Part shown: piece by piece, positions 39,481-52,044 of the stretch
Layout of the letters: every line of letters starts with the position of its first letter
Position numbering within the stretch: the stretch's first letter is position 1
Source: Mobula hypostoma
Lineage: Eukaryota
Direction: 5' to 3'
Length of the DNA: 64,000 nucleotides
Assembly: GCF_963921235.1 (NCBI RefSeq)
Contig: NC_086097.1
Span: 55,492,001 to 55,556,000, forward strand
Translations under genes and position numbers: made by a program
The notes under the pieces: generated by a model
What the model was told of the DNA's origin: nothing
Databases searched by the model: none
Seen by the model: only the letters and a program-made list of their open reading frames with translations

Positions 39481-40559
39481 TAGGAAATTCTCTGTAGGTC
39501 TTTACATTAATGAGCTTAACTCTCATTTGTCCTGATCATTGTGGCAAGTCTTCCTTTAAGAGATCCTTCTGCTTGTTTTGTCTTTTTAAGACTATAACTC
39601 TCCAAACGGGTTATCTTAATCAGCCATAATTAACTGGAATAACTAATTCATTTGAATGAAGCACATAAGAAGCAGCTATGGTTCCTGTTTGGGCCTCTTG
39701 AAATCCCATTCAGATTTGTTTAAACTTTTCATACTTTAACTTGGTTCTCATTATAGCTATGGGCTACAATTCTCTTCTGTCGTGTGTCACAAGAAAAGTT
39801 TGTTTTTCTTCATTTCTGTTGACTTTTTAATAACTTTAAACAATGCAATCGGAAGACTTGTACAAGATCATTTGAAGGAACCCCCTAGGACCTCTTTTAA
39901 GAATAAACATAAGATAGGTATAACGTTTTAGAACTGAAGCTAATTCTATTTGAAAGGTAGTGCTTGAAGGATATGTCAAATTCTTCAGGTCAGTTTATTT
40001 ACATCATAAGACACAGATCCATGTTCAGCCACTGGCAAAGTAAATGTAAAAGTGTAGACCCGTTATATGAAATGAAACTCAAATGTAAGTGACTTTTAAA
40101 GGGGGAAGAAATGATAAGCAGTCGTGAAACAAAGAAAAGCACAGATAAAACTGAGAATGGGTCAGGAGTCACCATAAGGTATTTGATAAGAATGAGGTTT
40201 AGGAATAAGTCAAAAAAAATGTTGAGATTTTTACAATGTTGAAATGACAGCTGAGTTCTGTCACTTGGACTCTGTGGTCATAATCCAGTGGAGACTGGTG
40301 GATGTCTGACTGGTGATTAGGTCGATGAATGCAAATCATCATGTGACATCAGCAAATATTGTTGGCAGCTTTAGGAAATCTGGTTGCTTATGATTCTAGC
40401 AGTACTTCCTTCACTGAAATGTGTAATACTAAGTTTTGTTGCTTCCGAAGGATATCTAGCGAAATAATAAGTAAGACTTGCACAACTTTGTCTTTGGAGA
40501 ACTGAGCAAATAGAAGAGAATCCTTAAAGGAGATGGAATAGGAAGACAAGATTGCTGTG

Positions 40560-40980
40560 GAGAACAGTGGGATTGTAATGTATGTTTGTTGCTTGCCAGT
40601 CTATTGAGATGGGAGGTAAAGGGCCAGAGAGGGAAGGGAAGTTTTTGAGGTGGCTGATACTAAAGTGGAAATGGGGTGAAACCTGCTAACAAAAATAACA
40701 ATTTGAAGTTTTGCATGATTGCAGGAAGTAGTACCAATACCATTAATGATGTACTTTAAAAAGAGTTAGGGGAAAGGCCCAAGTAAGACTGAAACAGACT
40801 GTTCAACTGTGGCTTAAAGTCTTTAAATGGCTTAAAGAAAGACAGGCATAACTTGGGCGCACTTAAGTTTATTGTCACACCTTTGATCTGGAGATAGTGA
40901 ATGCAGCAGAATGAACTTGTGCAGTGTTAGTACAGTTGAATACATGATTTAAGAGCTGGTGTAGGAGGGAGAACCTCAGA
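40560..40980 (-). mobile_element. Ancient Penelope-like RT relic
   Basis: Minus strand reads, across frameshifts, HYLQIKGV...PSYACL...VEQSLFQSY, resembling the PLE RT QxxGxAMG region. Confidence 0.55.
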
Positions 40981-40984
40981 GACA

Positions 40985-41620
40985 TGGATCATTGGGATCT
41001 CTTCCAGGGCAAGAGGAACCCGTTCAAGAAGGATGGGGTGCACCTGAACTGAAGGGACACAAATTTAATTGCAGGGAGGTTTGTTAGTGCTACTGAAGAG
41101 AGATTAAACAAGTATCTCTGAGAGCTAGGAACCAGTGCAGAAGGTCAGCAGACTGAGTGATTGAGGAGAATGTAGAGGTTAAGTCAAAGGAGTTTAATAG
41201 GAAAAAAACATGCAGGGACAGTATAATGAACATGACAGGAATGAAAGCCTGACGTATACTTATTTTAATGCAAGAAGTGTAACAGATAAAGCAGGTGATC
41301 TTAGTTCCTGGATTGGAACAGGAGCAACCATATTGTAGCCATTACCAAAATTTACTTGCGTGAAGGGCAGGAATTGCAGTTCAGAATTTCAGGGTATAAA
41401 TATTTCAGATATGACAGAAAGGGATGTAAAACACGTAGAGAAATCGCATTATTCTTTAAGGAGCATGTCATGACTGCACTAAACAGCACTTTATAAAGGC
41501 CAGGAGGATAGAGTTCAGGAATAATAAAGGTGCAATCATTATGATGGGGCTCTACAGTAGGAGTTGGAGGAACAAATATGCAGGTAGATCATGGAAAGAT
41601 GGAATAACAACAGGGGTTAA
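40985..41620 (+). mobile_element. Old CR1 fragment (ORF1 end and endonuclease), resuming at about 49430-49720
   Basis: GATGGGGTGCACCTGAAC (DGVHLN), TATTTTAATGCAAGAAGT (YFNARS); resumes with GGAGATCTTAAC (GD.N) at about 49446. Confidence 0.7.
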
Positions 41621-41668
41621 GACACTAAATGCTGGAGGAACTCAGCAGGTCAGGAAGAGTCTGGAGGG

Positions 41669-41801
41669 CTAATATTGATGTGACTCGGACACCGCTGTAG
41701 ATTGAACAACCACGTTTATTCAACAGACTTCCATTTTTCCCTGTCTACGTCCTGGCGCCATACACACTCTGACACTATGAATACTCACACAATACATTAT
41801 A
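41669..41801 (-). repeat. 3' LTR (about 133 bp)
   Basis: Direct repeat of 49098-49231 (14 mismatches in 131 aligned bp by my count); AATAAA on the minus strand. Confidence 0.93.
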
Positions 41802-41812
41802 TCCCCCTTCTC
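41802..41812 (-). other. Polypurine tract
   Basis: Minus strand GAGAAGGGGGA directly abuts the 3' LTR. Confidence 0.85.
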
Positions 41813-42059
41813 AAGATTTTTTTTACAACACTGTGAATTACCAAAACAATGCCTCCAGGTATGCCCTTCTTACAGTGCAACAACCATGACATAAACTAAA
41901 ACATCTTAACTTCTTATACTGTATTCTGTATTGTAACTTACAATACTAATAGCAGTGTATTTTCTTTTACTAACACAGACTAATAAACCGTTTATTTCAC
42001 ACCTTGGAACTTATGACATGCGTGACTTTGCCTCAAACTGTGTGAGACTGTAAGTATGT

Positions 42060-44185
42060 CTAGTCTCTGTATCTAGCTGGAAGTTTGACTTGTCTCCCAG
42101 ACCGTGTGTGATACAACTGTGACTGTGCTTGTCCTTCATCCGTGTCAGTCTCTCGAGTGGCCTCTGTGTCTTTGCGGTCTGCATCACTCTTGGTGTTGTT
42201 TGTTTCCATGTCTGTATATGTGGAAATGTCCTGTGCATCTGTACGTGGAAACTCCCTCTCGCCTGTCTTCAGCAGATGCTTCCTGTTCCTCCTGTAGACT
42301 CTTCCATCCGGCGTGTGAACTATGAAGGACCTTGGTTGCTGATGTCTGTTCACAACCACAGCTGGTTGCCAAGTGTCTCCTCTCCGTATTCTGACATTTT
42401 CACCTGTATGCAGATCTGGCAACTGTCTTGTATGTCTGTCATAGTAGCTCTTTTGCTTTATTTGCTTGTACTTTTGCTTGTCATGTACTTGAGCATTACC
42501 TCCAGGAGTCAGTAGAGTTGTGGATGTTGGCAGTTTGGACTTCAGACAACGTCCCATCAACAGCTGCGCAGGAGAGAACCCCACACCCTCAATCGGTGTG
42601 TTGTGATATTCAAGCAGAGCGATGTAAGGGTCACCGTTGCTGCTTTGTGCCTTCTTGAGCATGTTCTTGACAGTTTGTACAGCTCTCTCTGCTTGTCCAT
42701 TAGACTGAGCGTGCCCTGGGCTGGAAGTAACATGTTGAAATTCCCAGCTTTCTGAGAACTCTCTGAACTTACCACTGGCATATTGTGGACCATTGTCACT
42801 GACGACAATATCTGGAATCCCATGTCTTGTGAATGTTGACTTCATTGCGGTAATGACACCTCGACTGGACGTGTCACTTAACTTGGTGATCTCCGGATAT
42901 TTTGAATAGTAGTCCACACAAAGCAGATATTCTGCACCATTGTAGTGAAAGAGATCTGTGTCAGTCTTCTCCCATGGTCTTCCTGGTAGTGGATGGGGAA
43001 GCAAAGGCTCTCTTGGTTTGCTGTTTTGGTTTTCATTACAGACAGCACACTGAGACACAATGTCTTCTATCTGAGTTGACATGCCTGGCCAATAGAGAAT
43101 GTCTCTTGCTCTTTCTTTATATTTCACTATCCCCAGGTGTGACTCATGAATCCTGTTGAGCATTTCCTGTCTCATTTGGTTTGGTACGATGAGTTTTGCC
43201 ATTTTGAACATTAGTCCTGATGCATAGCTGATTTCCTCTTTAAATGTCCAGTATTTCTGCATTTCCTTTGGAACATCTTTTCTTTCTGTTGGCCATCCAT
43301 TCATTGTAATGGCTCTTGGCATTTGCATTTCAGGATCAACTGCAGTTGCTTTCCTGAACATGTTCAATTTCTCCTCAGAGATGGGTAGCTGAGATGTAAC
43401 CCAGTTGACCTCCAGCTCTCTTCCTAGCAACTCTTGCTTTTGCTCTTTGAGGTAAGCACGGCTCAAAGCATCAGCGATGTACAGTTCTTTTCCTGGCTTA
43501 TAGGTGACTGTGAGAGTGTACCTCTGTAGCCTGAGAAGCATCCTTTGCAGCCTCATAGGAGCTTGGTAGAGTGGATTTTTGAAGATGCTCTCAAGTGGTT
43601 TGTGATCACTCTCAACCTGGATTTCTTTGCCATATACATATTGGTGGAACTTCTCACACCCATAAACTATGGTGAGTAAATCCTTCTCGATTTGAGCATA
43701 TCGGCATTGACAGTCCGTAAGTGCTCATGATCCATATGACACAGGCCTCCCATCCTGCAGTATAACAGCTCCTATTCCCTCCAAACTGGCATCAACAGAC
43801 ATCGCCACCGGTTTATTGACAACATAGAAATTGAGTGCTGGTGCATTGGTAACCAGCTGCTTTAATGTGTCAAAACTTTTCTTTTGTTCGCCTTCCCAAT
43901 GCCATTCAGTGTTGCTCTCTAGTAGCGTTCGGAGTGGAGCGCTGACCTCTGATAAGTTGGGAATGAATTTGGCAAGATACTGTATCATGCCCATGAACCT
44001 CAATAGTTCTTGCTTGTCTTTGGGTGGTGGTAGCTGTACCACAGCTCTGACCTTTTCATCATCTGGTTTTAGCCCATCAGCACTGAGTACATGACCTATG
44101 TATTTGATCTCTGTAGTTCTGATCTGACATTTACTTTTGTTCAGTTTTAGGTTGTACTCACGTGCTCTCTCCAGGACTGGACTCT
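42060..44185 (-). pseudogene. pol: Gypsy pol remnant: RT C-terminus, RNase H, integrase
   Basis: ORF 43725-44198 (LKLNKSKC, IKYIGH, VDAS) and ORF 42060-43556 are in the same frame, separated by one TGA. Integrase HHCC (HESHLG...CAVC) and DDE (TDLF, SDNGPQY, NGQAERAV). Confidence 0.92.
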
Positions 44186-44865
44186 CTCTTGAGTCCAACT
44201 ATCTTCATCCTCCATCTCTGCATTGTTGATATTCTTGATGCATACCTCCTGTTCCACTTCAACCGTGCCAATGAACATGTCACTGTTGCCCTCACTCTGT
44301 TTCACAGCATGCATTTTCCTCGCGTGCTCCTTCAATTTGCACATCTTTGCAAAGTGATTTCTTTTCTGGCATAACTTGCATGTCTGACCAAAGGCTGGAC
44401 ATTTTCTGTATCCATGTTTATAACCACATCTGTTGCAGTTAACTTCCTTTTGATCATCCTGTGGAGCTGTCTTTGTCCTACTCTTGTCAGATTTCATAGT
44501 TTTTATTTTGTGCACTTCAATCTCTTCATTGAGCACTTTAACCTGACTTGACATGATCTCTCTGGCACGGCAAACATCAATCACCTTTCCTAATGTAAGA
44601 TCCATCTCTCTCAATAGCCTGCCTCTCACCTGATCATCTTGTATGCCGCATACAATCCTGTCACGTATTAAAGAGTCATGCAGTTGTCTGAACTCACAGC
44701 CTCTTGCCTTGTTCTTCAAATCTGTTACATAGGTGTCTATGGTCTCTATTGGTCCTTGAGCCCTCATGAAAAACATATGTCAGATGTACAGTAGTTTTTT
44801 TCTCAGTTCACAGTAATCTTGAAACTTTTTCTTCAACACTTCAATTTTATCTTGCTCATCATCTT
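44186..44865 (-). pseudogene. gag: Gypsy gag C-terminal part with two zinc knuckles
   Basis: ORF 44147-44776: LIRDRIVCGI, CNRCGYKHGYRKC, CKLCQKRNHFAKMC. Confidence 0.88.
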
Positions 44866-47800
44866 AGACCATAAGACCATAAGACAAAGGAGCAGAAGTA
44901 GGCCATTCGGCCCATCGAGTCTGCTTCGCCATTTTATCATGAGCTGATCCATTTTATCCTATTTAGTCCCACTGCCCCGCCTTCTCACCATAACCTTTGA
45001 TGCCCTGGCTACGCAGATACCTATCAATCTCTGCCTTAAATAAACCCAATGACTTGGCCTTCACTGCTGCCCGTGGCAACAAATTCCATAGATTCACCAC
45101 CCAATGACTAAAAAAATTTTTTCGCATTTCTGTTCTGAAAGGGCGCCCTTCAATCCTGAAGTCATGCCCTCTCATACTAGACTCCCCCATCATGGGAAAC
45201 AACTTTGCCACATCCACTCTGTCCATGCCTTTTAACATTCGAAATGTTTCTATGAGGTCTCCCCTCATTCTTCTAAACTCCAAGGAATACAGTCCAAGAG
45301 CGGACAAACGTTCCTCATATGTTAACCCTCTCATTCCCAGAATCATTCTAGTGAATCTTCTCTGTACCCTCTCCAACGTCAGCACATCCTTTCTTAAATA
45401 AGGAGACCAAAACTGCCCACAGTACTCCAAGTGAGGTCTCACCAGCGCCTAATAGAGCCTCAACATCACATCCCTGCTCCTATACTCTATTCCTCTAGAA
45501 ATGAATGCCAACATTGCATTCGCCTTCTTCACTACTGACTCTACCTAGAGGTTAACTTTAAGGGAATCCTGTACGAGGACTCCCAAGTCCTGTTGCATCT
45601 CAGAACTTTGAATTCTTTCCCCATTTAAATAATAGTCTGCCCGTTTATTTTTTCTGCCAAAGTACATAACCATACACTTTCCAACATTGTACTTCATTTG
45701 CCACTTCTTTGCCCATTCTTCCAATCTATCCAAGTCTCTCTGCAGACTCTTCGTTTCCTCAGCACTACCGTCCCCTCCACCTATCTTCGTATCGTCAGCA
45801 AACTTAGCCACAAAGCCATCTATTCCATAATCCAAATCGTTGATGTACAATGTAAAAAGAAGCAGCCTCAACACTGATCCCTGTGGAACACCACTGGTAA
45901 CCGACAGCCAACCAGAATAGGATCCCTTTATTCCCACTCTCTGTTTCCTGCCAATCAGCCAACGCTCTATCCACGTATGTAACTTTCCTGTAATTCCATG
46001 GGCTCTTATCTTGTTAAGCAGCCTCATGTGTGGCACCTTGTCAAAGGCCTTCTGAAAATCCAAGTGTACAACATCCACTGCATCTCCCTTGTCTAGCCTA
46101 CTGGTAATTTCCTCAAAAAATTGTAATAGGTTTGTCAGGCAGGATTTTCTTTTAAGGAATCCATGCTGAGTTCTGCCTATCTTGTCATATGCCTCCAGGT
46201 ACTCTGTAACCTCATCCTTGACAATCGACTCCAACAACTTCCCAACCACCGACGTCAAGCTAACAGGTCTATAATTTCCTTTTTGCTTCCTTGCCCCCTT
46301 CTTAAATAGCGGAGTGACATTTGCAATCTTCCAGTCCTCCGGAACCATGCCAGAATCTATCGACTTTTGAAAGATCATCGCTAATGCCTCCACAAATTCC
46401 ACAGCTACTTCTTTCAGAACACGAGGGTGCATTCCATCTGGTCCAGGAGAGTTATCGACCTTTAGCCTATTCAGCTTCCTGAGTACTTTCTCTGTCGTAA
46501 TTGTGGCTGCGCACACTTCTCTTCCCTGCCACCCTTGAGTGTCCGGTATCCTGCTGTCTTCCTCAGTGAAGACTGATGCAAAATACTTGTTCATTTCCTC
46601 TGCCATCTCCTCATCTCCCATTACAATTTCTCCAGTATCATTTTCTATCGGTCCTATATCTACTCTCACCTGTCTTTTACTCTTTATATACTTGAAAAAG
46701 CTTTTAGTATCCTCTTCGATATTATTTGCTAGTTTCCTTTCATAGTTAATCTTTTCTCTCTTAATGACCTTCTTGGTTTCCTTTTGTAAGGTTTTAAAGA
46801 CTTCCCAATCCTCTGTCTTCCCACTAATTTTTGCTTCCTTGTATGCCCTCTCCTTAGCTTTAACTTTGGCTTTGACTTCTCTTGTCAACCACGGTTGCAT
46901 CCTTTTTCCACTCGAAAATTTCTTCTTTTTTGGAATATACCTGTCTTGCACATTCCTCATTTCTCACATAAACTTCAGCCACTGCTGCTCTGACGTCTTT
47001 CCCGCCAGTGTCTCTTTCCAGTCAACTTTGGCCAGTTCCTCTCTCATGCCACTGTAGTTTCCTTTACTCCACTGAAACACCGACACATCAGATTTCGGCT
47101 TCTCTTTTTCAAATTTCACAGTGAACTCAATCATGTTATGATCACTGCCTCCTAAGAGTTCCTTCACCTCAATCTCTCCAATCACCTCTGGTTCATTACA
47201 CATTACCCAATCCAGTACAGCCGATCCCCTAGTGGGCTCAACAACAAGCTGTTCTAAAAAGCCATCTCGCAGACATTCTACAAATTCTCTCTCTTGAGAT
47301 CCAGTGCCGACCTGATTTTTCCAATCTACTCGCATGTTAAAATCCCCCACAATTATCATAACACTGCCCTTCTGACAAGCCTTTTCTATTTCCAGTTGTA
47401 ATTTGTAGTCCACATCCCTGCAGCTGTTTGGAGGCCTATAAATAACTGCCATCAGGGTCCTTTTACCCCTGCTATTCCTTAGCTCAACCCATAAAGATTC
47501 TGCACCTTCCGATCCTATATCACCTCTTTGTAATGATTTAATATCACTTCTTACCAATAAAGCCACGCCTCCCCCTCTGCCTACCTTCCTATCCTTCCGA
47601 TACACTGTGTATCCTTGGACATTCAGCTCCCAGAGACATGCATCCTTTAGTCAGGTCTCAGTGATGGCCACAATATCATACCTGCCAATCTGTAGCTGTA
47701 CAACAAGATCATCCACCTTATTTCTTATGCTGCGTGCATTTAAGTACAACACCTTTAAGTACAAGACCAGTATTTGATACTTTTTGCTTTGATTTCACTA

Positions 47801-48843
47801 CAACTTTATTGCACTGCAACTCATCCCAATGGCTACACATTTGCCCCATCACCTGCCTGTCTTTCCTGACATCTTTACTGCTCACTATCTTAGATTTATT
47901 TCTGTTTTCCCCTTCCTCCGTTCTATCATTCCGGTTCCCATCCCCCTGCCAAATTAGTTTAAACCCTCCCTAACAGCTCTATTAAACTTTCCCGCCAGGA
48001 TATTGGTCCCCTTTGGGTTCAGGTGTAACCTGTCCTTTTTGAACAGGTCATACTTCCCCCAGAAGAGATCCCAATTATCCAAGAATCTGAAGCCCTGCCC
48101 CCTACACCAGTCTCTCAGCCACGCATTCATCTGCCTGATCTGACTACTCTTGCCCTCGCTAGCATGTGGCATAGGTAGCAATCCCGAGATTACTACCCTG
48201 GAGGTCCTGCTTCTCAGCTTCCTTCCTAACTCCTGGAAATCTCTCTTCAGGACCTCCTCCTTTGTCCTATCTATGTCATTGGTACCAACATGTACCAAGA
48301 CAGCTGGCTGCTCACCCTCCCCCTTTAGAATATTCAGGACCTGATCCGAGACATCCCGTACCCTGGCACCTGGGAGGCAACACACCATGCGGGTATCTCT
48401 ATCAGGCTCACAGAATCTCCTGTCCATTCCCCTGACTATGGAATCCCCCACGACTACCGCATTTCTCTTCACCCTCCTTCTCTCCTGCACAACAGCGCCA
48501 GGCTCAGTGCCAGAGACCCGGTCACCGTGGACGTCCCCTGTCGGATCATCCCCCTCAACAGCATCCAGAACAAGATATTTGTTGCTGAGGGGGACAGCCA
48601 CCGGTGTGCTCTCCACTATCCGGGCATTTCCCTTCCCTCTCTTGACAGTGACCCAGTGTTCTGACTCCTGTAGCCTAGGGATGACTACTGACTCCTGTAG
48701 CCTAGGGATGACTACCTCCCTGTAGCTCCTGTCTATCACCTCTTCACTTTCCCTGATAAGCACTAGGTCATCAAGCTGCAGCTGCAGATCCCTAACACGG
48801 TCTCTGAGGAGCTGCAACTCGGTGCACCTGGCGCAGATGTGGC
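44866..48843 (-). mobile_element. Near full-length CR1 (truncated within ORF1) inserted in Gypsy gag
   Basis: 6-bp TSD CATCTT at 44860-44865 and 48844-48849; (AGACCATA)n tail; ORF1 esterase; ORF2 segments 46964-47605, 45545-46960 and 44963-45442 share one frame and are broken only by stops. Confidence 0.95.
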
Positions 48844-49045
48844 CATCTTGGAAGACAAACGTGTTGCAAACCTTTATTGCCTCTTCCCCTGCCGCATGCA
48901 GAAACGTAGCACATTGCACTTCCTCCGTCTTTTCAGCTACGCTGGTAGTGGTGCAAAACAGCTCAAACCTCTGGATCCATATTTTCCAGTTCTCAGCAAG
49001 ATTACCTTGTAGGCTTAAACTTGACCGTGGCTGTAACTGTGACAC
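47954..49045 (-). CDS. Chimeric ORF: Gypsy Gag N-terminus fused in frame to CR1 ORF1 (zipper + SGNH esterase), 363 aa; expression unknown
   Basis: About residues 1-68 are Gag-like (GNLAENWKIWIQRFELF...ATFLHAAGEEA); the rest is CR1 ORF1 (HICARC, VVGDSIVR, HVGTND, DRLHLN). The annotated start is GTG, not ATG. Confidence 0.5.
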   Translation of the reverse strand: MSQLQPRSSLSLQGNLAENWKIWIQRFELFCTTTSVAEKTEEVQCATFLHAAGEEAIKVCNTFVFQDGHICARCTELQLLRDRVRDLQLQLDDLVLIRESEEVIDRSYREVVIPRLQESVVIPRLQESEHWVTVKRGKGNARIVESTPVAVPLSNKYLVLDAVEGDDPTGDVHGDRVSGTEPGAVVQERRRVKRNAVVVGDSIVRGMDRRFCEPDRDTRMVCCLPGARVRDVSDQVLNILKGEGEQPAVLVHVGTNDIDRTKEEVLKRDFQELGRKLRSRTSRVVISGLLPMPHASEGKSSQIRQMNAWLRDWCRGQGFRFLDNWDLFWGKYDLFKKDRLHLNPKGTNILAGKFNRAVREGLN

Positions 49046-49083
49046 CTTTTACGTGTCTTCTCTTCCTTTTTTTTCTTCGCGAT

Positions 49084-49097
49084 TTCTTCTGACATCA
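49084..49097 (-). other. Primer binding site (tRNA-Leu-like)
   Basis: Minus strand TGATGTCAGAAG directly after the 5' LTR, one mismatch from TGGTGTCAGAAG (complement of a tRNA-Leu 3' end). Confidence 0.75.
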
Positions 49098-49231
49098 CGT
49101 AATATTGATGTGACTTGGACACCGCTGTAGATTGAACTACCACGTTTATTCAACAGACTTCAATTTTTACCTCTCTACGTCCTGATGTCATATGCACTCT
49201 GATGCTATGAATACTCACACAATACACTACA
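49098..49231 (-). repeat. 5' LTR (134 bp)
   Basis: Begins TGTAG on the minus strand; direct repeat of 41669-41801. Confidence 0.93.
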
Positions 49232-49849
49232 GAGGGAAATGAACAACTGATATTTCAGGTTGGGATTTTTCCTCCTTCGTGATGAATGGTCCCAAGCGTT
49301 GAACTAGCATATTGTCGCCATTACAGAAACATTGTTTGTCCATTTCCCTCCAAAGATGCTGCCTGACTCATTGAATTCCTCAAACATTTTCCTTATTGCT
49401 CCATATTTCTAACAGTTTCTTTTGTCTACATGGACTATTGTACTGGGAGATCTTAACCTCTCCAACTTTGACTGGACTATCTTAGTGCTGGTAGTTTAGA
49501 TGGGTCAGAATGTGTTCCATGTATCCTGGAGGGTTTCTTGAAGCAACGTGTAGAAATTCTAACTAGGGATGGGATCATGCTGGACATTACGGTGATTAGT
49601 GGATTTAAATTTCAGAGGGGAAGCACTTGGGGAACAGAGACATAATTCTGGAAATTTTAAGATTGTTATGTGTAAGTCTGATTCTTGTTTGAAAGTGCTA
49701 TATTGGAAGGAGGGTAATTACAATCGCAAAATATAAACTGCTGGAAGAACTCAGCAGGTCAAGCAGTATTTGCAGTCTGTTGTGTCACATCCACAGATGC
49801 TGCTTGACTAACTGATTTCTTCCAGGAGTTTATTTTTTGATGGCAATGT

Positions 49850-50166
49850 TTATAGTTATGAAAGGCATAGACATGTCAGAATCTTTTTCTCCGAGTGGGA
49901 ATGTCAAATACTAGAGGGCATTGGTTTAAGGTATGGTGGTAAGTTCAAAGCAGAACTTTGAGGCAAGTATTTTTACATAGAGAGTGGTGCCTGGAAAATG
50001 ATGCCATAGGTTGTACTGGAAGTAGATACAGTAGTTTAAGTAGTATGTAGACAGAGGCAAGAACAGGCAGGAAATAGAGGGATATGGATCACATGCAGGA
50101 TTAGTTTACAGTGGTATCATGGTTAGCAGAGACATGATGGGCCAAAGGGTCTGTACTGTTCTATGT
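49850..50166 (+). mobile_element. Old CR1 3' fragment
   Basis: ACTAGAGGGCAT (TRGH), AGAGAGTGGT, CTGTTCTATG tail. Confidence 0.7.
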
Positions 50167-52044
50167 GAATGAACTTAGCCAGAGGAATGAATGCATTGAT
50201 GGAGGGGAATTCATTGGTCCTCCTTTCAAAGAAGAAGCAAAAGTCTTTCAGACCATACAGTGAGGAAATTTATATCCATGACAAAGATAATCTAGAATTG
50301 GGAACTTTCAAAATGAAGGCAGAAATCAGAATTAGCGTAGAGGCTTAGTGAGAACTCCTTGGTTCACCTCACTACATCCCTGAAAGTAGTTTAAAGAAAG
50401 ACTTACAATGGAGCAAGCCTTCACCTTTCTGCTAAATTCCGCTTCTGCACATGTGACCTATGTTCCTTCTTCAGCAACAAGGCATACTGTAAGTTTCCAG
50501 CAGCGATGCCTGCAGATTGCCTTACTGTGGCACTTCCAACGGTGTCCATATTTGAGTATATTGCACGCATGGAGCACTGCAGCAGAATTCCCCTAGCAGT
50601 GCCTATTAGGATTTACAGCCCACTGATACCCACATTTATTGGCATTGGCGCGAAGCAATAATTATTGTCTCGCTTTTACAACAATATTTTAAAACTATAA
50701 ATTGATTCAGAATTTATTTATCACTCACCCTGAAAATCCACTTTGAAAAGGCTGGCAGTAACAATGAAATGCCCTGCCATAACTCTCTCACTTCAGAATA
50801 AAGTCATAAATAATAGGGTCAAATCAATTTCTATAAATTGACTGTATGAAATTGCACATGTTTGCCCTTTGCAGTCTGTTAAATTTGAGGGCACTTTCAT
50901 TGTTCATACTCAACTGGCCAGTGCTACTTCAGTATGTGGACAGGTTATTTGACAGATACAGCCAGTTAGTTGATTATAGCAAAAAATTCCAATCAGATGA
51001 CATTTTGACATGGAAGAAAATTTGATTTTGTAGTCATGCACTGAAATCTTTGTGTCAAAGAAATTAGTGCCAAATGTTCAAAATAATGTGCACTGCCTCA
51101 TAAATGTATTCGGGCAGGTTGGTGGTGAAAGCAGGACAGGGAACTTAGGATAGAATAACAGTTTTCTGCAAATTTAATGAATTGTACATTTACTTTTATT
51201 TAAACAGTTTTCCCGCCCAATACCCTTTCAGCCAGACAGACTGACTAGTGTGCTGAAAAATGTCAGGCGGGTTGGATATCGAGGGAAGAGGGCAGGGGAG
51301 ATATTGTACATGGAGTCTATTGGTCATTGTGCAGTGGTGTTTGTTGGACAGTCTGAGGAGGATATAAGTGAGAGTCTGGGAGTTAGAGATGTTAAATATT
51401 GAAAGATAGTCATGGCTCAGCTCAGCTAACTAACTCGCTGATCCAAGGGGCTGTATTTTATGCCAACAGGCATTTTGGGCCTGTGAGAAACAGGTTTACT
51501 CCCCTTTGTGTCAGTTCAATTAAAACGCTCACCTGAAGTATTCTGCTCAGTTCATTTATTTTTACCTGTTGCTGACATCTGGAACAATAAAAAATAGCTT
51601 TATTATGGAGGTACAAAATTTAAACCATTTTAGTAACTAACCATCCTGAGAAGTCACCAGTTGCACCATCCAGCCCATCAGCCTCTTTGAAGACCACAAC
51701 TGATTTGGTTTTGAGTATGGTATTAAAATTTAGTACTAAAATAAACTTCTTCGATGGCAACATTGCTTGATTTATTTGGTAATGAATGTAAAATCTGCAG
51801 TTTAAAATCATAGGTTTCTCCCTAATGTGATTATAACAGACTTTATCTCCAGACCATTTACTAGTCTGAGATGGTAAGTAATATGCAAAAATGGCAGCAG
51901 AAATTTGTCAGACGTCTGTGAACCACGTGTGCAGGGTTATGACTTTGGTTTCAGAAGCATCTTGGAAGTTAGGCAGATTTGCATATATTGGCAAAATGAG
52001 AGGAATAGTGAAGTTGGGGGAAGCAGATCGGAAACTTATTAAGT

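Larger units (their letters stand above)
41669..49231 (-). mobile_element. Gypsy/Ty3 LTR retrotransposon (Mag-like), internally deleted, interrupted by CR1
   Basis: Paired short LTRs; 5-bp TSD GAGGG (41664-41668, 49232-49236); PBS; PPT; domain order gag(CCHC)-RT remnant-RNaseH-integrase. Confidence 0.95.

Noticed and set aside
42011..42515. env-like or extra ORF at the Gypsy 3' end
   Set aside because: These are short overlapping frames inside the integrase C-terminal region with no env features.
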